From the NCBI GenBank assembly GCA_963711565.1, contig CAVQEQ010000003.1, forward strand, positions 1,312,001-1,376,000: a stretch of DNA of 64,000 nt, written 5' to 3'. Made by a program: the position numbers and the translations under genes. Position 1 is the first letter of the stretch. Each line of letters opens with the position of its first letter. Of the stretch, positions 49,137-58,453 are shown one piece after another. The notes below the pieces were generated by a model, which was not told the origin of the DNA, searched no databases, and saw only the letters and a list, made by a program, of their open reading frames with translations. The stretch comes from an uncultured delta proteobacterium. GTDB lineage: Bacteria; Desulfobacterota; Binatia; Binatales; Binataceae.

Positions 49137-49979
49137 TCAGGCCTGAATGAATTCGTTGAACATTTTGAAGAAGCGATCCGGCTGATCGCGATGCACCCCG
49201 TGTCCCGCGTTCTCGAACACTTCGAGCCGCGCCACTCCCGGCGTCATCGCCGCGGCGATATCCTTCGAGTCGGCGACCGGCAGGATCGGATCGAGTTCAC
49301 CGGCGGTAATCAGCGTCGGGCATTTTATTTTTCCGAGGTCGGGCAGCAGGTTGAAGGTGTGAGATTCGTGCAGGAAGAAATCGGCGGTCAACTTAGGATT
49401 CATCACGATGCGCTGCATGGACTCGGGTATCGACGGAGTTCGGTTGTACAGCGGCAGACACTTCTTCTGATACTCGGCCATCGCTTCCGGCCCGGGATTC
49501 TCGAAAAATCGGCGCGCCACTTCGCGCACCTCCGGGCCGCCCAGTTTCTCGAACATATCAAGCGATCGATCCTGCCTACTTACGGCCGCCGTGCTGCTCA
49601 GCACCAGCTTGCCCGGATGATCGGGATGGCGCGTCGCGTACGAGATCGCGACCATCCCGCCGAACGAGACGCCGAGCACGATTGGGTGCTCGATCTCCAA
49701 CGCCTCGCAAAACGCGCGCAGGTCGTCGCCCCATTGCGGGAGATTCCATTTCGCCGGATCGCCACGATCGCTGCGCCCGTTCCCGCGATGGTCGAGATAA
49801 ATCACCTGCGCGGTCTCGGCGAGCCGCGAGAAGTCAGGCTTAAAGCTCGAATGATCGAAGCCGGGGCCGCCGTGCAACAGGATGATCGTCGGCACCTCGC
49901 GCATCTTCGCGCCGTCGGGCCGCAACTTCGCGCCTTCAACATCGAAGAACAAGCGAACGTCGCCGATTTGTATGCGCAT
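49137..49979 (-). CDS. Alpha/beta hydrolase (proline iminopeptidase-like)
   Basis: LHGGPG, DHRGNGRS, GVSFGG, GH. Confidence 0.9.
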   Translation of the reverse strand: MRIQIGDVRLFFDVEGAKLRPDGAKMREVPTIILLHGGPGFDHSSFKPDFSRLAETAQVIYLDHRGNGRSDRGDPAKWNLPQWGDDLRAFCEALEIEHPIVLGVSFGGMVAISYATRHPDHPGKLVLSSTAAVSRQDRSLDMFEKLGGPEVREVARRFFENPGPEAMAEYQKKCLPLYNRTPSIPESMQRIVMNPKLTADFFLHESHTFNLLPDLGKIKCPTLITAGELDPILPVADSKDIAAAMTPGVARLEVFENAGHGVHRDQPDRFFKMFNEFIQA

Positions 49980-50016
49980 CCGCGGATTTCTAACGCGAAC
50001 GCCCTTCAGGTGCAAA

Positions 50017-50250
50017 CTATCTCTCGATGCGCAGATGGAAGACGCCGTCGCGCGCGGCCGATTCGAGCACGACGTATCCTTCCGCCTCTGCCGCACCGGG
50101 GATGTCGCGGGCGCCGCGCGGATCGTCGAGCGTCAGTTCGAGCACCTCGCCGCGCGCCATCCGCTCGAGCCGGACTTTCGCGCGCGCCCAGTTGAGCGGA
50201 CACTTGACGCCTCGCAGATCGAGGCGAACGGTTTTTCCGCGCGCATCCAT
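50017..50250 (-). CDS. TusA-family sulfur carrier
   Basis: LDLRGVKCPLN...GEVLELTLDDP...DIP. Confidence 0.85.
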   Translation of the reverse strand: MDARGKTVRLDLRGVKCPLNWARAKVRLERMARGEVLELTLDDPRGARDIPGAAEAEGYVVLESAARDGVFHLRIER

Positions 50251-50318
50251 GCCTGCATGATTCTTACCACACGGCGCGCGCTCGTGAATCCGCCGCGCGA
50301 AATCGCTAAGCTGACGCG

Positions 50319-51020
50319 ATGTTCCTCGAAAGTCCCGAACTCTACGACGCCATCTATCACTTCAAGAACTACGCGCACGAGTGCGAGATTTTGCGCGCCG
50401 TCATCGCGGTAGCCGCGCCTGGAGCGCGCACGATCCTCAACGTCGCGTGCGGCACCGGCGAGCACGACAAGTTTCTGAAGCAGCACTACGCTGTCAACGG
50501 CATCGATCTCAACGAAAATTATCTGCGCGCCGCGCGGGTGAAGAATCCCGACGGCCGCTATACGCACGCCGACATGACCGACTTCGACTTGGCGGCAACC
50601 TATGACGCGGTGACGTGCCTGTTCAGCGCGATCGGATATGTCTGCACCGTAGAGCGTCTCAACAGAGCCGTCGCCTGCATGGCGCGTCACGTGAAACCGA
50701 GCGGCGTGCTAATCGTCGAGCCGTGGTTCACTCCTGATGCGTGGAAACCCAGCCATCCTTTCATTCACACCGGCGAAATCGGCCCTGACAAAGTCTGCCG
50801 CATGAGCCTGAGCGGCCATGAGGGCAATCTCTCTTTCATCGTCATGCACTATCTTAGGAGCACCTCCTCGGGTATCGAACACTACAGCGAGCGGCTCGAG
50901 TTGGGATTGTTCACGCGCGAGGAAATGACGCGCGCGTTCGACGCGGTGAATATGGATGTGCGCTACGACACCGAAGGCCTGATGGGGCGGGGGCTCTACA
51001 TCGCGCGGCGGCGTACGTGA
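50319..51020 (+). CDS. Class I SAM methyltransferase (TylM1/DesVI-like)
   Basis: ELYDAIY..KNY, NVACGTG, DAVTCLFSAIGY, VEPWFTP, GRGLYI. Confidence 0.85.
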   Translation: MFLESPELYDAIYHFKNYAHECEILRAVIAVAAPGARTILNVACGTGEHDKFLKQHYAVNGIDLNENYLRAARVKNPDGRYTHADMTDFDLAATYDAVTCLFSAIGYVCTVERLNRAVACMARHVKPSGVLIVEPWFTPDAWKPSHPFIHTGEIGPDKVCRMSLSGHEGNLSFIVMHYLRSTSSGIEHYSERLELGLFTREEMTRAFDAVNMDVRYDTEGLMGRGLYIARRRT

Positions 51021-51048
51021 GAGCGCACGCATTCAGCTCGATTCTCGC

Positions 51049-51218
51049 GCCCTCACCCGTGCACGACACGAGTGTCGCCGCACGACCTCTCCCGAAGGGA
51101 GAGGTAAGAGGAGGGATTCTTCGCTCCGCTCTGAATGACACGAAGATACCGGGTGCAGGGGTCACCCCCTGCCGAAGGAAGCGTGAAACCCACCGCGGGT
51201 TTCACATTCCATCAAGTG
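51049..51218. repeat. Composite of three repeat families (C, B, and A copy 4 in reverse)
   Basis: CCTCTCCCGAAGGGAGAGG hairpin; family B at 51113-51145; family A reverse complement at 51147-51218. Confidence 0.88.
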
Positions 51219-51233
51219 ATTTTGCCATCGCCG

Positions 51234-51851
51234 TCATCTCGCGAATCTCTCGGTTGCGCGTTTGAGGATCGCGCGCATCGCGTCCAGGCTTTGCGCTCCC
51301 ACCAGCGGAAATTCGCCGATGAAAAACGTCGGCACGCCGCTGACTCCGCGCTGATTCGCCGCGAGGGAATTGTTCTTGAGCCGCATTTCGTACTTGGGCG
51401 ACTTTATCGCATCACTCACCTCGCCCGCGTCGAGTCCCGCGTCTGCCGCGAGCCGCGCGACGACCCTCGCGTCGCCGATATTCTCGCCGTCGTTGAAGTA
51501 CGCGCGGTAGATTCGCTCCTCGAGCGCCTCGTCGCGGCCCGACTCGCGCGCAAACTCAGTAGCGGCGAGCGCGGCACGCGAGTTGGTGAAGAGGCGCGGC
51601 GGCTTGATTTCAAATCCCACCACATCGGCCATCGCCACAATTCGATTCCACCTCGCCTGACGCGCAGCCGCGTCGCCCATCTCGCGCAGCTTGTCGGTCG
51701 GAATTCCTTCGGCGGGCCAGTCGGGATGAATCTGAAAGCCGCGCCATTCGAGCTGGAAATCGAACTCCGGCTTCAGCCTTCGAATCGTTTCGAAACCGAC
51801 GTAGCAGAACGGACAGATGTAGTCCGAGAACATCACGATTTTCAGCGCCAT
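51234..51851 (-). CDS. DsbA/FrnE family oxidoreductase
   Basis: SDYICPFCY and GVSGVPTF. Confidence 0.9.
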   Translation of the reverse strand: MALKIVMFSDYICPFCYVGFETIRRLKPEFDFQLEWRGFQIHPDWPAEGIPTDKLREMGDAAARQARWNRIVAMADVVGFEIKPPRLFTNSRAALAATEFARESGRDEALEERIYRAYFNDGENIGDARVVARLAADAGLDAGEVSDAIKSPKYEMRLKNNSLAANQRGVSGVPTFFIGEFPLVGAQSLDAMRAILKRATERFAR

Positions 51852-51977
51852 CGAATGACTCCCATTGCGCACAATATAGGACCGGCGCTTGAGGCTCGTC
51901 AAAAGCGTCGTTTTCCGCAACCTCAAAGCTATGTTATTGAGCTAGCAAGTGCGCTCGATTCTGATTGAGGTGACGTG

Positions 51978-52772
51978 ATGATTCTCGATTCCCTGAAGCT
52001 CGACGGCAAAGTCGCTATCATCACCGGCGGCGGCCGCGGTCTCGGCCGCGCGATGGCGGTGAAGCTCGCTGAGGCGGGCGCCGACATCGTCGCCGCCGCG
52101 CGCACGCAATCGCAGCTCGACGAGACCGCCGACGCCGTGAAGAAAACCGGGCGCAAATGCCTGATCGTGCCGACCAACGTCACCGTCTCCGCGCAGGTGA
52201 ATGCGTTGGCCGAGGCGACGCTCAAGGAGTTCGGCAAAATCGACATCCTCATCAACAATGCGGGCGGCGGCGACGGCACGCTCGGCAAGCAGCTCCCGGA
52301 AATCACCGACGAAGATTGGCGCCGCGGTATCGACACGAACCTCAGCAGCCAGTTCTACGGATGCCGCGCGGTGATTCCGCAGATGGTCAAGCAGAAGCGC
52401 GGCAAGATTATCAATATCGCGTCGGGCTACGGGCTGCGCGGCGGCAAGCACAACTTCATGTACACGTGCTCGAAGGGCGGGACGATCCAGTTGACGCGAT
52501 CGATGGCGCTGACTTACGCGCAGTTCAACATCCAGACCAATTGCATCGTGCCCGGAATTTTTCCGCACAACGAAGAGATGATGGTGTTTTTCAAGGGCGG
52601 AAAATTTATTCCGATTGGCCGCGTCGGCGACGACAGCGAGCTCGGCCCGCTCGCCGTGTTCCTCGCGTCGGATGCGTCCAATCACGTCACCGGCGAGCTG
52701 ATCGCAATCGATGGCGGCGGACTGGCGGGCGGGATCACGCCGACCGGAGTGTCGCCGGAGAGCTCGAACTAA
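51978..52772 (+). CDS. SDR family oxidoreductase
   Basis: TGGGRGLG, NNAG, YTCSK. Confidence 0.92.
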   Translation: MILDSLKLDGKVAIITGGGRGLGRAMAVKLAEAGADIVAAARTQSQLDETADAVKKTGRKCLIVPTNVTVSAQVNALAEATLKEFGKIDILINNAGGGDGTLGKQLPEITDEDWRRGIDTNLSSQFYGCRAVIPQMVKQKRGKIINIASGYGLRGGKHNFMYTCSKGGTIQLTRSMALTYAQFNIQTNCIVPGIFPHNEEMMVFFKGGKFIPIGRVGDDSELGPLAVFLASDASNHVTGELIAIDGGGLAGGITPTGVSPESSN

Positions 52773-52773
52773 A

Positions 52774-53559
52774 ATGGCAACGTCCAACTCATCGAATGAT
52801 TTCTCGCTCGAAGGCAAAGGCGCGCTGGTCGTCGGCGCCGAGCATGCAGTCGGGCGCGCGGCCGCCGTCACACTCGCCGAGGCCGGCGCAAAAATCGTCA
52901 TCGCATCGCAGGAACCTGGCACCGACAAGCAGTTGAAGGAAGTCGCCAAGCTGGTAACCGCTGCAGGAGCCAAGGCGGTCGTTCGCGTGCAGGACGCGGC
53001 GACGCGTGCCGACGTGTCCGCCACAGCGGATTTCGCGGCGAAAGAGCTCGGCGGATTGCACATCCTCGTCAACGCACTCGACACGCCCGCCTACGGACCG
53101 GCTGAAGCGAGCGACGACACCGCGTTCGACAAGATCATCGAGAACAATTTCAAGACGATCTGGATGTCGTGCCAGGAAGGTGCGCGTGTGATGCTCCGAC
53201 AGGGCGGCGGCGTTATCGTCAATATCACGTCGGTGCTGTCAGAGCGCGGCGTCCCCAACGCGGCGCTCTATTGCGCGGCGAAGGCCGCAGTCCTCAACCT
53301 GACGCGCGCGCTCGCGCTCGAATGGGCGCGCAAGGGAATCCGCGTCAACGCGATTCAGGCCGGATGGCTCGACGACGAATCGAGTCCGGCCAACAAGAAC
53401 GACGAGTTCAGCAAAACTCTACTCAAGTACCTGCCCGACAATCGTCTAGTGAAGCCCGAGGAACTCGGCGGCGCCCTGCTCTACCTGTGTTCGCCGGCAG
53501 CCGGCTTCGTAACGGGAGAATCGATCGCAGTGGATGGCGGCCTGCGCGCCCGCGTGTGA
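52774..53559 (+). CDS. SDR family oxidoreductase with degenerate Gly motif
   Basis: VGAEHAVG in place of TGxxxGxG; YCAAK; IRVNAI; VTGESIAVDGG. Confidence 0.88.
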   Translation: MATSNSSNDFSLEGKGALVVGAEHAVGRAAAVTLAEAGAKIVIASQEPGTDKQLKEVAKLVTAAGAKAVVRVQDAATRADVSATADFAAKELGGLHILVNALDTPAYGPAEASDDTAFDKIIENNFKTIWMSCQEGARVMLRQGGGVIVNITSVLSERGVPNAALYCAAKAAVLNLTRALALEWARKGIRVNAIQAGWLDDESSPANKNDEFSKTLLKYLPDNRLVKPEELGGALLYLCSPAAGFVTGESIAVDGGLRARV

Positions 53560-53568
53560 ATCTTCGCG

Positions 53569-54348
53569 CTATCGCTCGGCGACGGTGAACATGTAATCGC
53601 CGCCGTCCCAGTCGAACCTGCGTATCACCTCATTGATGAGCCCCGACTCAACGTCGCCGGCGAGGCGCTCTACGCCGCGCGCGACTTCTTCCTGATCGGG
53701 AGCGTCGGCGAAACTTGAGATGCCGCTGCGGATGCGCGGGTCGAGGTACCGCTCGGGCCGATGCTTCCCGCAATAGAGAAAGAGGTCCTTGAGGTCGGCA
53801 GCAACGTCGTATTTTTCTTCGCACTCGATTCGGAACCCCGCTGACTTCAGCACGTCAACGGTGACGAATCGCTCGTACGGCGCTGTCGCCTTTTCCTTCA
53901 TCATTCGCGGAAAGTATTCGTTCAGCCAGCAATGCCGCATCTGCTCGGCCGTGCAGTTGAATATCACCAATCGCGCGTGAGGCTTGAGCACCCGATGAAC
54001 TTCCCTGAACGCCGCGACCGGGTCCGCCATATGATGATGCACGAAAGTGCAGGTCGCGCCGTCGAAGCTTCCCGCCGCGAACGGGATCGCCTCGGCGCGC
54101 GCGTTGTGCCACGCGATCGCCGGGCACTTCTCCTTCGCCCGCGCGAGCATCGTCGCCGACAGCTCGAGCCCCCGAATCGGCACGCCCGCCTGATGCATCG
54201 CGATCGTGTAATTCCCGGTCCCCGATCCAATATCGAGGTAACGGCCGTCGGCGCGCGGGCGCAGATGATGAATCAGTCGCGATAGCAGGTAAGGATCGGC
54301 CTGCCGCGTCGTGTCGTATCCCACACCGATCCGGTCGTAAAGCGCCAC
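53569..54348 (-). CDS. Class I SAM methyltransferase
   Basis: YDRIGVGY, LDIGSGTGNY, EVHRVLK. Confidence 0.88.
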   Translation of the reverse strand: MALYDRIGVGYDTTRQADPYLLSRLIHHLRPRADGRYLDIGSGTGNYTIAMHQAGVPIRGLELSATMLARAKEKCPAIAWHNARAEAIPFAAGSFDGATCTFVHHHMADPVAAFREVHRVLKPHARLVIFNCTAEQMRHCWLNEYFPRMMKEKATAPYERFVTVDVLKSAGFRIECEEKYDVAADLKDLFLYCGKHRPERYLDPRIRSGISSFADAPDQEEVARGVERLAGDVESGLINEVIRRFDWDGGDYMFTVAER

Positions 54349-54783
54349 CTACATCTGCTCTCCGCCGACGGTCAGGACGAGTGCGCTCTCCTCGACCGCC
54401 TCGACCGAATGCTCGATTGCGCGATCCAGCGCGATCAGCATCCCCGCCGTCGCGACCTGCGACTTGCCCATCGCGACAAAATTGATCTTGCCTTCGATCA
54501 CCTGCACCGTGATCGGCGCGCGCGTGTGATGCTCCTGCATCTTCGCGCCCTTCTTCAGCATCATCAGCGCGACGTTGATCCCGTCGCCCTTGACCAGCGA
54601 GCTGCCGTGCCGATCGTTCTCCGCCCATGCACGCTCGCTCCTGAGCCGTGCAATCTCGGCCTTGATATCGACCGCGACCTGCCCGCCCTGCGCCAGAAAA
54701 TTCTCCTGATGAGGATGTCTTGCCTGATGCTTCGCCTGATCGGCCTGTCGCGCGCGATCGGAATCGTTAATTTTTTCCGCCAT
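54349..54783 (-). CDS. Cupin domain protein
   Basis: GGAGG RBS; MQEHHTRAPITVQVIEG...IEHSVEA. Confidence 0.82.
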   Translation of the reverse strand: MAEKINDSDRARQADQAKHQARHPHQENFLAQGGQVAVDIKAEIARLRSERAWAENDRHGSSLVKGDGINVALMMLKKGAKMQEHHTRAPITVQVIEGKINFVAMGKSQVATAGMLIALDRAIEHSVEAVEESALVLTVGGEQM

Positions 54784-54836
54784 GGAGTCCTCCGCTACGA
54801 CCCATTCTTTCGCCACCCGCAAATCTACGCAAACAC

Positions 54837-54943
54837 AATCACCTGCGCGGTGGGCGGCAGGGCCGAGCCCTGCACCCAGTGTCCATTGCAATGGATACTG
54901 GGTTGCAAGGGGTCACCCCTTGCCGCCCACCGCGCAGGTGATT
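54837..54943. repeat. 107-bp imperfect palindrome made of two head-to-head family-A-related units
   Basis: AATCACCTGCGCGGTGGGCGGCA...CCATTGCAATGG...TGCCGCCCACCGCGCAGGTGATT; the inner arms carry the CCCTGCACCCAGT module. Confidence 0.88.
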
Positions 54944-54956
54944 CATCATCTCCGGC

Positions 54957-55724
54957 ATGAGTAAGTCCGTCTCTCCACCAGCCAACCAGATCATCGAATA
55001 CTCGAACTTCGCGTCAGTCGTCACCGGCGAGGGCGACTGGATGCCCGCAGGATTCCCGCTGCCGGACGGCGGCTTCTGGCAGTATCGCGAGCCCGACGCC
55101 GTCGTGATCGTGCAGGACGGTTTTCTGCGCGTCGCCGCGGTGCCCTACACGCGCGGCCACGACAAGATCCAGTTCCTCGACAACGCCAAGCACATGTACT
55201 TCAGCACCCGCACGTTCGCATGCCCCGACGGTGGCACGATCGCATTTTCGATCGACCTTGCCGCGACCATCATCGACGGCGCGCCCGGCGATCTCTACGA
55301 CGGTTTCGTTTCGTTCAACGTGCTCGATTTCTCGACCGGCGCCGCGCTCGATTTTTTCGTCGGCAACGAGACGATCGCGACGGTGTACGGCAAACTGCCG
55401 TTCCCCGGCGTGCCGATTGTCGATCCCGCGCACGGCCCGCGCCACTTCTGCCTGTTCGAGGAGATTCGCGACGCGACCGCGGCCGGCCGGCTCCATCATT
55501 TTGAAATCGCGTACGACTCCGCCGCCGACCGCGTGAGCTTCTCGGTTGACGGCAAGCAGATCCGCCAATATTCGAACGTCCCGTTCAAGCTCGGGCCGTG
55601 CACGCTCGCGCTCGGCCTGATGAGCGAAAAAGATATCGCGCCCGGCAAGGGCAGCGTCTCATGCCACGGCCAGGGCGCGGTCGGCAAATGGGGCAACATC
55701 CGAATTGCCACGATCGCGCGCTAG
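54957..55724 (+). CDS. DUF6081-like beta-sandwich protein
   Basis: DNAKHMYFST, DFSTGAALDFF, SCHGQG; family recalled from memory. Confidence 0.6.
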   Translation: MSKSVSPPANQIIEYSNFASVVTGEGDWMPAGFPLPDGGFWQYREPDAVVIVQDGFLRVAAVPYTRGHDKIQFLDNAKHMYFSTRTFACPDGGTIAFSIDLAATIIDGAPGDLYDGFVSFNVLDFSTGAALDFFVGNETIATVYGKLPFPGVPIVDPAHGPRHFCLFEEIRDATAAGRLHHFEIAYDSAADRVSFSVDGKQIRQYSNVPFKLGPCTLALGLMSEKDIAPGKGSVSCHGQGAVGKWGNIRIATIAR

Positions 55725-55775
55725 GCGCGGGGAGCACGATCGACAGCGCACTAATGCTGCGTGGAGTCTGAAAAA

Positions 55776-56228
55776 ATGGAGTTCGCAGGTTTCGGGCATA
55801 TCACCTTGACCGTCAGCAACTACGAAGCTTGCCTGAAGTTTTACGATCGCCTGATGACGCACATCGGAATGCGCCGTTACTTCGAGTCACCGCTCGGCGT
55901 CGGATGGTACGCGGACGAGTACATGTTCGTGATGGGACATGCGGCGCCGGCGGGCGATCGATTCTCGCAATGGCGCACGGGGCTGCATCACCTGTCGTTC
56001 CGCGCGCGCAGCCGCGAGGAAGTGGATTCGTGCTACGCGATGCTCCTGGAAATCGGCGCGAAGATCATCTTCCCCGCCGAGCCCGGCCCGTTCTGGCCCG
56101 GTTACTATTCAGTGGTCTTCGAAGACCCCGACGGCACAAGGTTGGAGATGAACTACATCCCGCCCGAGGGTTGGAAGGCAGTCGGCCGCGCAGCGGACGC
56201 GATTGCGAAGGCCAAATCTCCATTGTGA
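55776..56228 (+). CDS. VOC/glyoxalase family protein
   Basis: HITLTVS, GLHHLSF, YYSVVFEDPDGTRLE. Confidence 0.9.
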   Translation: MEFAGFGHITLTVSNYEACLKFYDRLMTHIGMRRYFESPLGVGWYADEYMFVMGHAAPAGDRFSQWRTGLHHLSFRARSREEVDSCYAMLLEIGAKIIFPAEPGPFWPGYYSVVFEDPDGTRLEMNYIPPEGWKAVGRAADAIAKAKSPL

Positions 56229-57502
56229 AATTCAGCCGTCGCGCGCAACTCGCCGCCGTCGTGATGCTCGCGTTTGTCCTTCGCGCAATGTGGCTGTTGC
56301 GTTCCGGCTCCGATTGGGCCGTGGGCGCCGACTCGCATCTGTATCTCGCGCTCGCTCGTGGGCTCAAAGCCGGCTGCGGCTTCGCGCCGTATATCGAGCG
56401 CTGCGGCCCTCCGGAGGTGATGCGCACGCCAGGGTATCCAGTCTTTCTGGTTTCTCTTCTCACTCATCTTCGTTTCGCGATCCTCGTACAAGCCGCGCTA
56501 GGCGCGCTGGTATGCTTCATCGTCGCTAATTTTGCCGGACGCCGCGCCAGTCCAGTCGCTGGAATTCTCGCGGCGGCGATCGTCGCCGTCGACGTGCCGA
56601 CGATCCTGAATAGCAAGGAACTGATCACCGAGGCGCTTTTCCAGGCGGTGTTGACGCCCGCGATCTTCGCCGCGATCGCAGGCAGTCCGTTCGTTGCCGG
56701 CGCGACGCTCGGCATTGCCGTCCTGATTCGTCCGGTCGCGGTGGTGCTCGTTCCGCTCGTGGCGATCCCATTTATCGCGAAACGAAGTTGGCGCGAAGCG
56801 GTTACCGCTCTGTTGTTACCGATTTTGATCATCGGTGCGTGGGCGGTTCGCAACGAGCGCGTGGCCGGCGTCTTTACCTTGACCGTCGAAGGTCCGATGA
56901 ATCTCTATATGTACACGGCGCCTGCGGTTATCGCGCGTCATGATCGAGTGCCGCTTGAAAATGTCGAGCTTGCGTTCGCCCGCGATGCCGCAGTGCAGGT
57001 TCCCGCGCGACAAATCCCTGCCGATGCTGAATTCGGGCAGCTCTACGGCTCCAACCCGACTATCGCAGCGCTCGAAAACGATCCTGCACTTTCAAATTTC
57101 ATGCTGTCGAGGTCGGTCGCGGTAATTCTCGCGCATCCAATCGACTTCGCGATCAACACGCTCGCAGGATTCATCAGACTTGCGATTGAGCCGTACAGGC
57201 TGGAAACGGGTTGGCAGGGATTGATCGCAATCCCTCGCGCATTGGCGACGATTCAATTTGCCGCGACCGCTTTCCAGTGCGTCGTACTCGCCGTGATGTG
57301 GATTGGGGTATTTCGCACACTATGGCGTCGCCCGCGAGATTGGGAGCAATGGATACTGCTCGGCGCGGCGCTGATGTTGATTCTCCCGCCCTCGGTCTTC
57401 GGGGACGCGATCTCGATGCGATTTCGCTCGCCGGCAATTCCATTCCTCGCCGTGCTCGCCGGCATCGGCTGGTTTCCCGCAGCCGGTTCCGGCATTCGTT
57501 GA
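56225..57502 (+). CDS. GT-C-like (ArnT/PMT-like) membrane glycosyltransferase
   Basis: DS..Y, RTPGYP, TEALF, IRP, multiple TM segments; GTGA overlap. Confidence 0.75.
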   Translation: MKFSRRAQLAAVVMLAFVLRAMWLLRSGSDWAVGADSHLYLALARGLKAGCGFAPYIERCGPPEVMRTPGYPVFLVSLLTHLRFAILVQAALGALVCFIVANFAGRRASPVAGILAAAIVAVDVPTILNSKELITEALFQAVLTPAIFAAIAGSPFVAGATLGIAVLIRPVAVVLVPLVAIPFIAKRSWREAVTALLLPILIIGAWAVRNERVAGVFTLTVEGPMNLYMYTAPAVIARHDRVPLENVELAFARDAAVQVPARQIPADAEFGQLYGSNPTIAALENDPALSNFMLSRSVAVILAHPIDFAINTLAGFIRLAIEPYRLETGWQGLIAIPRALATIQFAATAFQCVVLAVMWIGVFRTLWRRPRDWEQWILLGAALMLILPPSVFGDAISMRFRSPAIPFLAVLAGIGWFPAAGSGIR

Positions 57503-57604
57503 TCAGTCGAACAGCGAAAAGGTCCGTGCCGACGACGCGGGCGCGACGGATCCAAATTACGGCGCATTTTGCGAAACAGGGGCTATTTCCCGGGATCCAA
57601 AGGC

Positions 57605-57626
57605 AAACGTTTCACGTGAAACGTTT
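57605..57626. other. parS centromere-like site
   Basis: Perfect 22-bp palindrome AAACGTTTCACGTGAAACGTTT containing the parS core GTTTCACGTGAAAC, intergenic. Confidence 0.85.
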
Positions 57627-57662
57627 TTTAGTTCAGGAGAACGAAACGCGAATTGGCGAGGG

Positions 57663-58448
57663 TCACTTCACGCCGGGGAAGCTTAGGGTGAAGCCGCCAT
57701 CGACCATGATTGTTTGCGCGGTCAGGTAGCTGGCGGCGGGGAGACAGAGCAGGCAGGCGACTGCCGCGATCTCGTCTAGCGTCGGCAGGCGCTTCAGGGC
57801 GGAGCGTTCGGCGCATCGGCGCTGGAAATCTTCGTAATTGTCGCCCAGGTAGTTCGCGTAAAAGCGCGCCGAGTCGGTGTCGATGTAGCCGACGTTGAGG
57901 CCGTTGACGGTGATGCCGTGCGGGCCGAGCTCGAAGGCGAAGTCGCGCACCATGCTCTCGAGCGCGGCCTTCGCGGCGCCAAGCACGCCGTGGCCCGGCA
58001 GGTTGCGAATCGAGTCGATGCCGGAGATCATCAGGACGCGCCCGCCGTCGCGCATCACCTTGTTGGCTTCCTGGACGGCGGCGACGAAGCCGTTGACGCT
58101 CAGCGCAAAAGTTCGCGCGAGATTGTGCGGCTTGATTTCGAGCAGCGGCTTGAACGCGGTCGCGGCGGCGTTGGCGATTAAAATGTCGAGCCCGCCCAGC
58201 TCCGAGGCGGCGCGCGTGACCATCGCACGCACCTGCGCTTCATCTTCGAGATCGGCCTTGATGAGAATCGAGCGCGGCGCTATTGCGCGCACGTCGGCGA
58301 GCGTTTTCTGGGCGCTCGCTTCGTCGCGGCGATAGTTCATCGCAACCGTCGCGCCGAGGCGCGCCAGTCCGACTGCGATCGCACGGCCGAGGCCGCGCGT
58401 GCCGCCGGTCACAATCGCAATTTTTCCGTCGAGGTCGTGGTCGCCCAT
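57663..58448 (-). CDS. SDR, FabL-like enoyl-ACP reductase
   Basis: TGGTRGLG, NAAATAFKP, GAAKAALES. Confidence 0.85.
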   Translation of the reverse strand: MGDHDLDGKIAIVTGGTRGLGRAIAVGLARLGATVAMNYRRDEASAQKTLADVRAIAPRSILIKADLEDEAQVRAMVTRAASELGGLDILIANAAATAFKPLLEIKPHNLARTFALSVNGFVAAVQEANKVMRDGGRVLMISGIDSIRNLPGHGVLGAAKAALESMVRDFAFELGPHGITVNGLNVGYIDTDSARFYANYLGDNYEDFQRRCAERSALKRLPTLDEIAAVACLLCLPAASYLTAQTIMVDGGFTLSFPGVK

Positions 58449-58453
58449 CAGTC

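Noticed and set aside
55829-56224. N-terminal extension of ORF 55829..57502
   Set aside because: It overlaps the VOC gene; the GTGA-coupled start at 56225 fits better.
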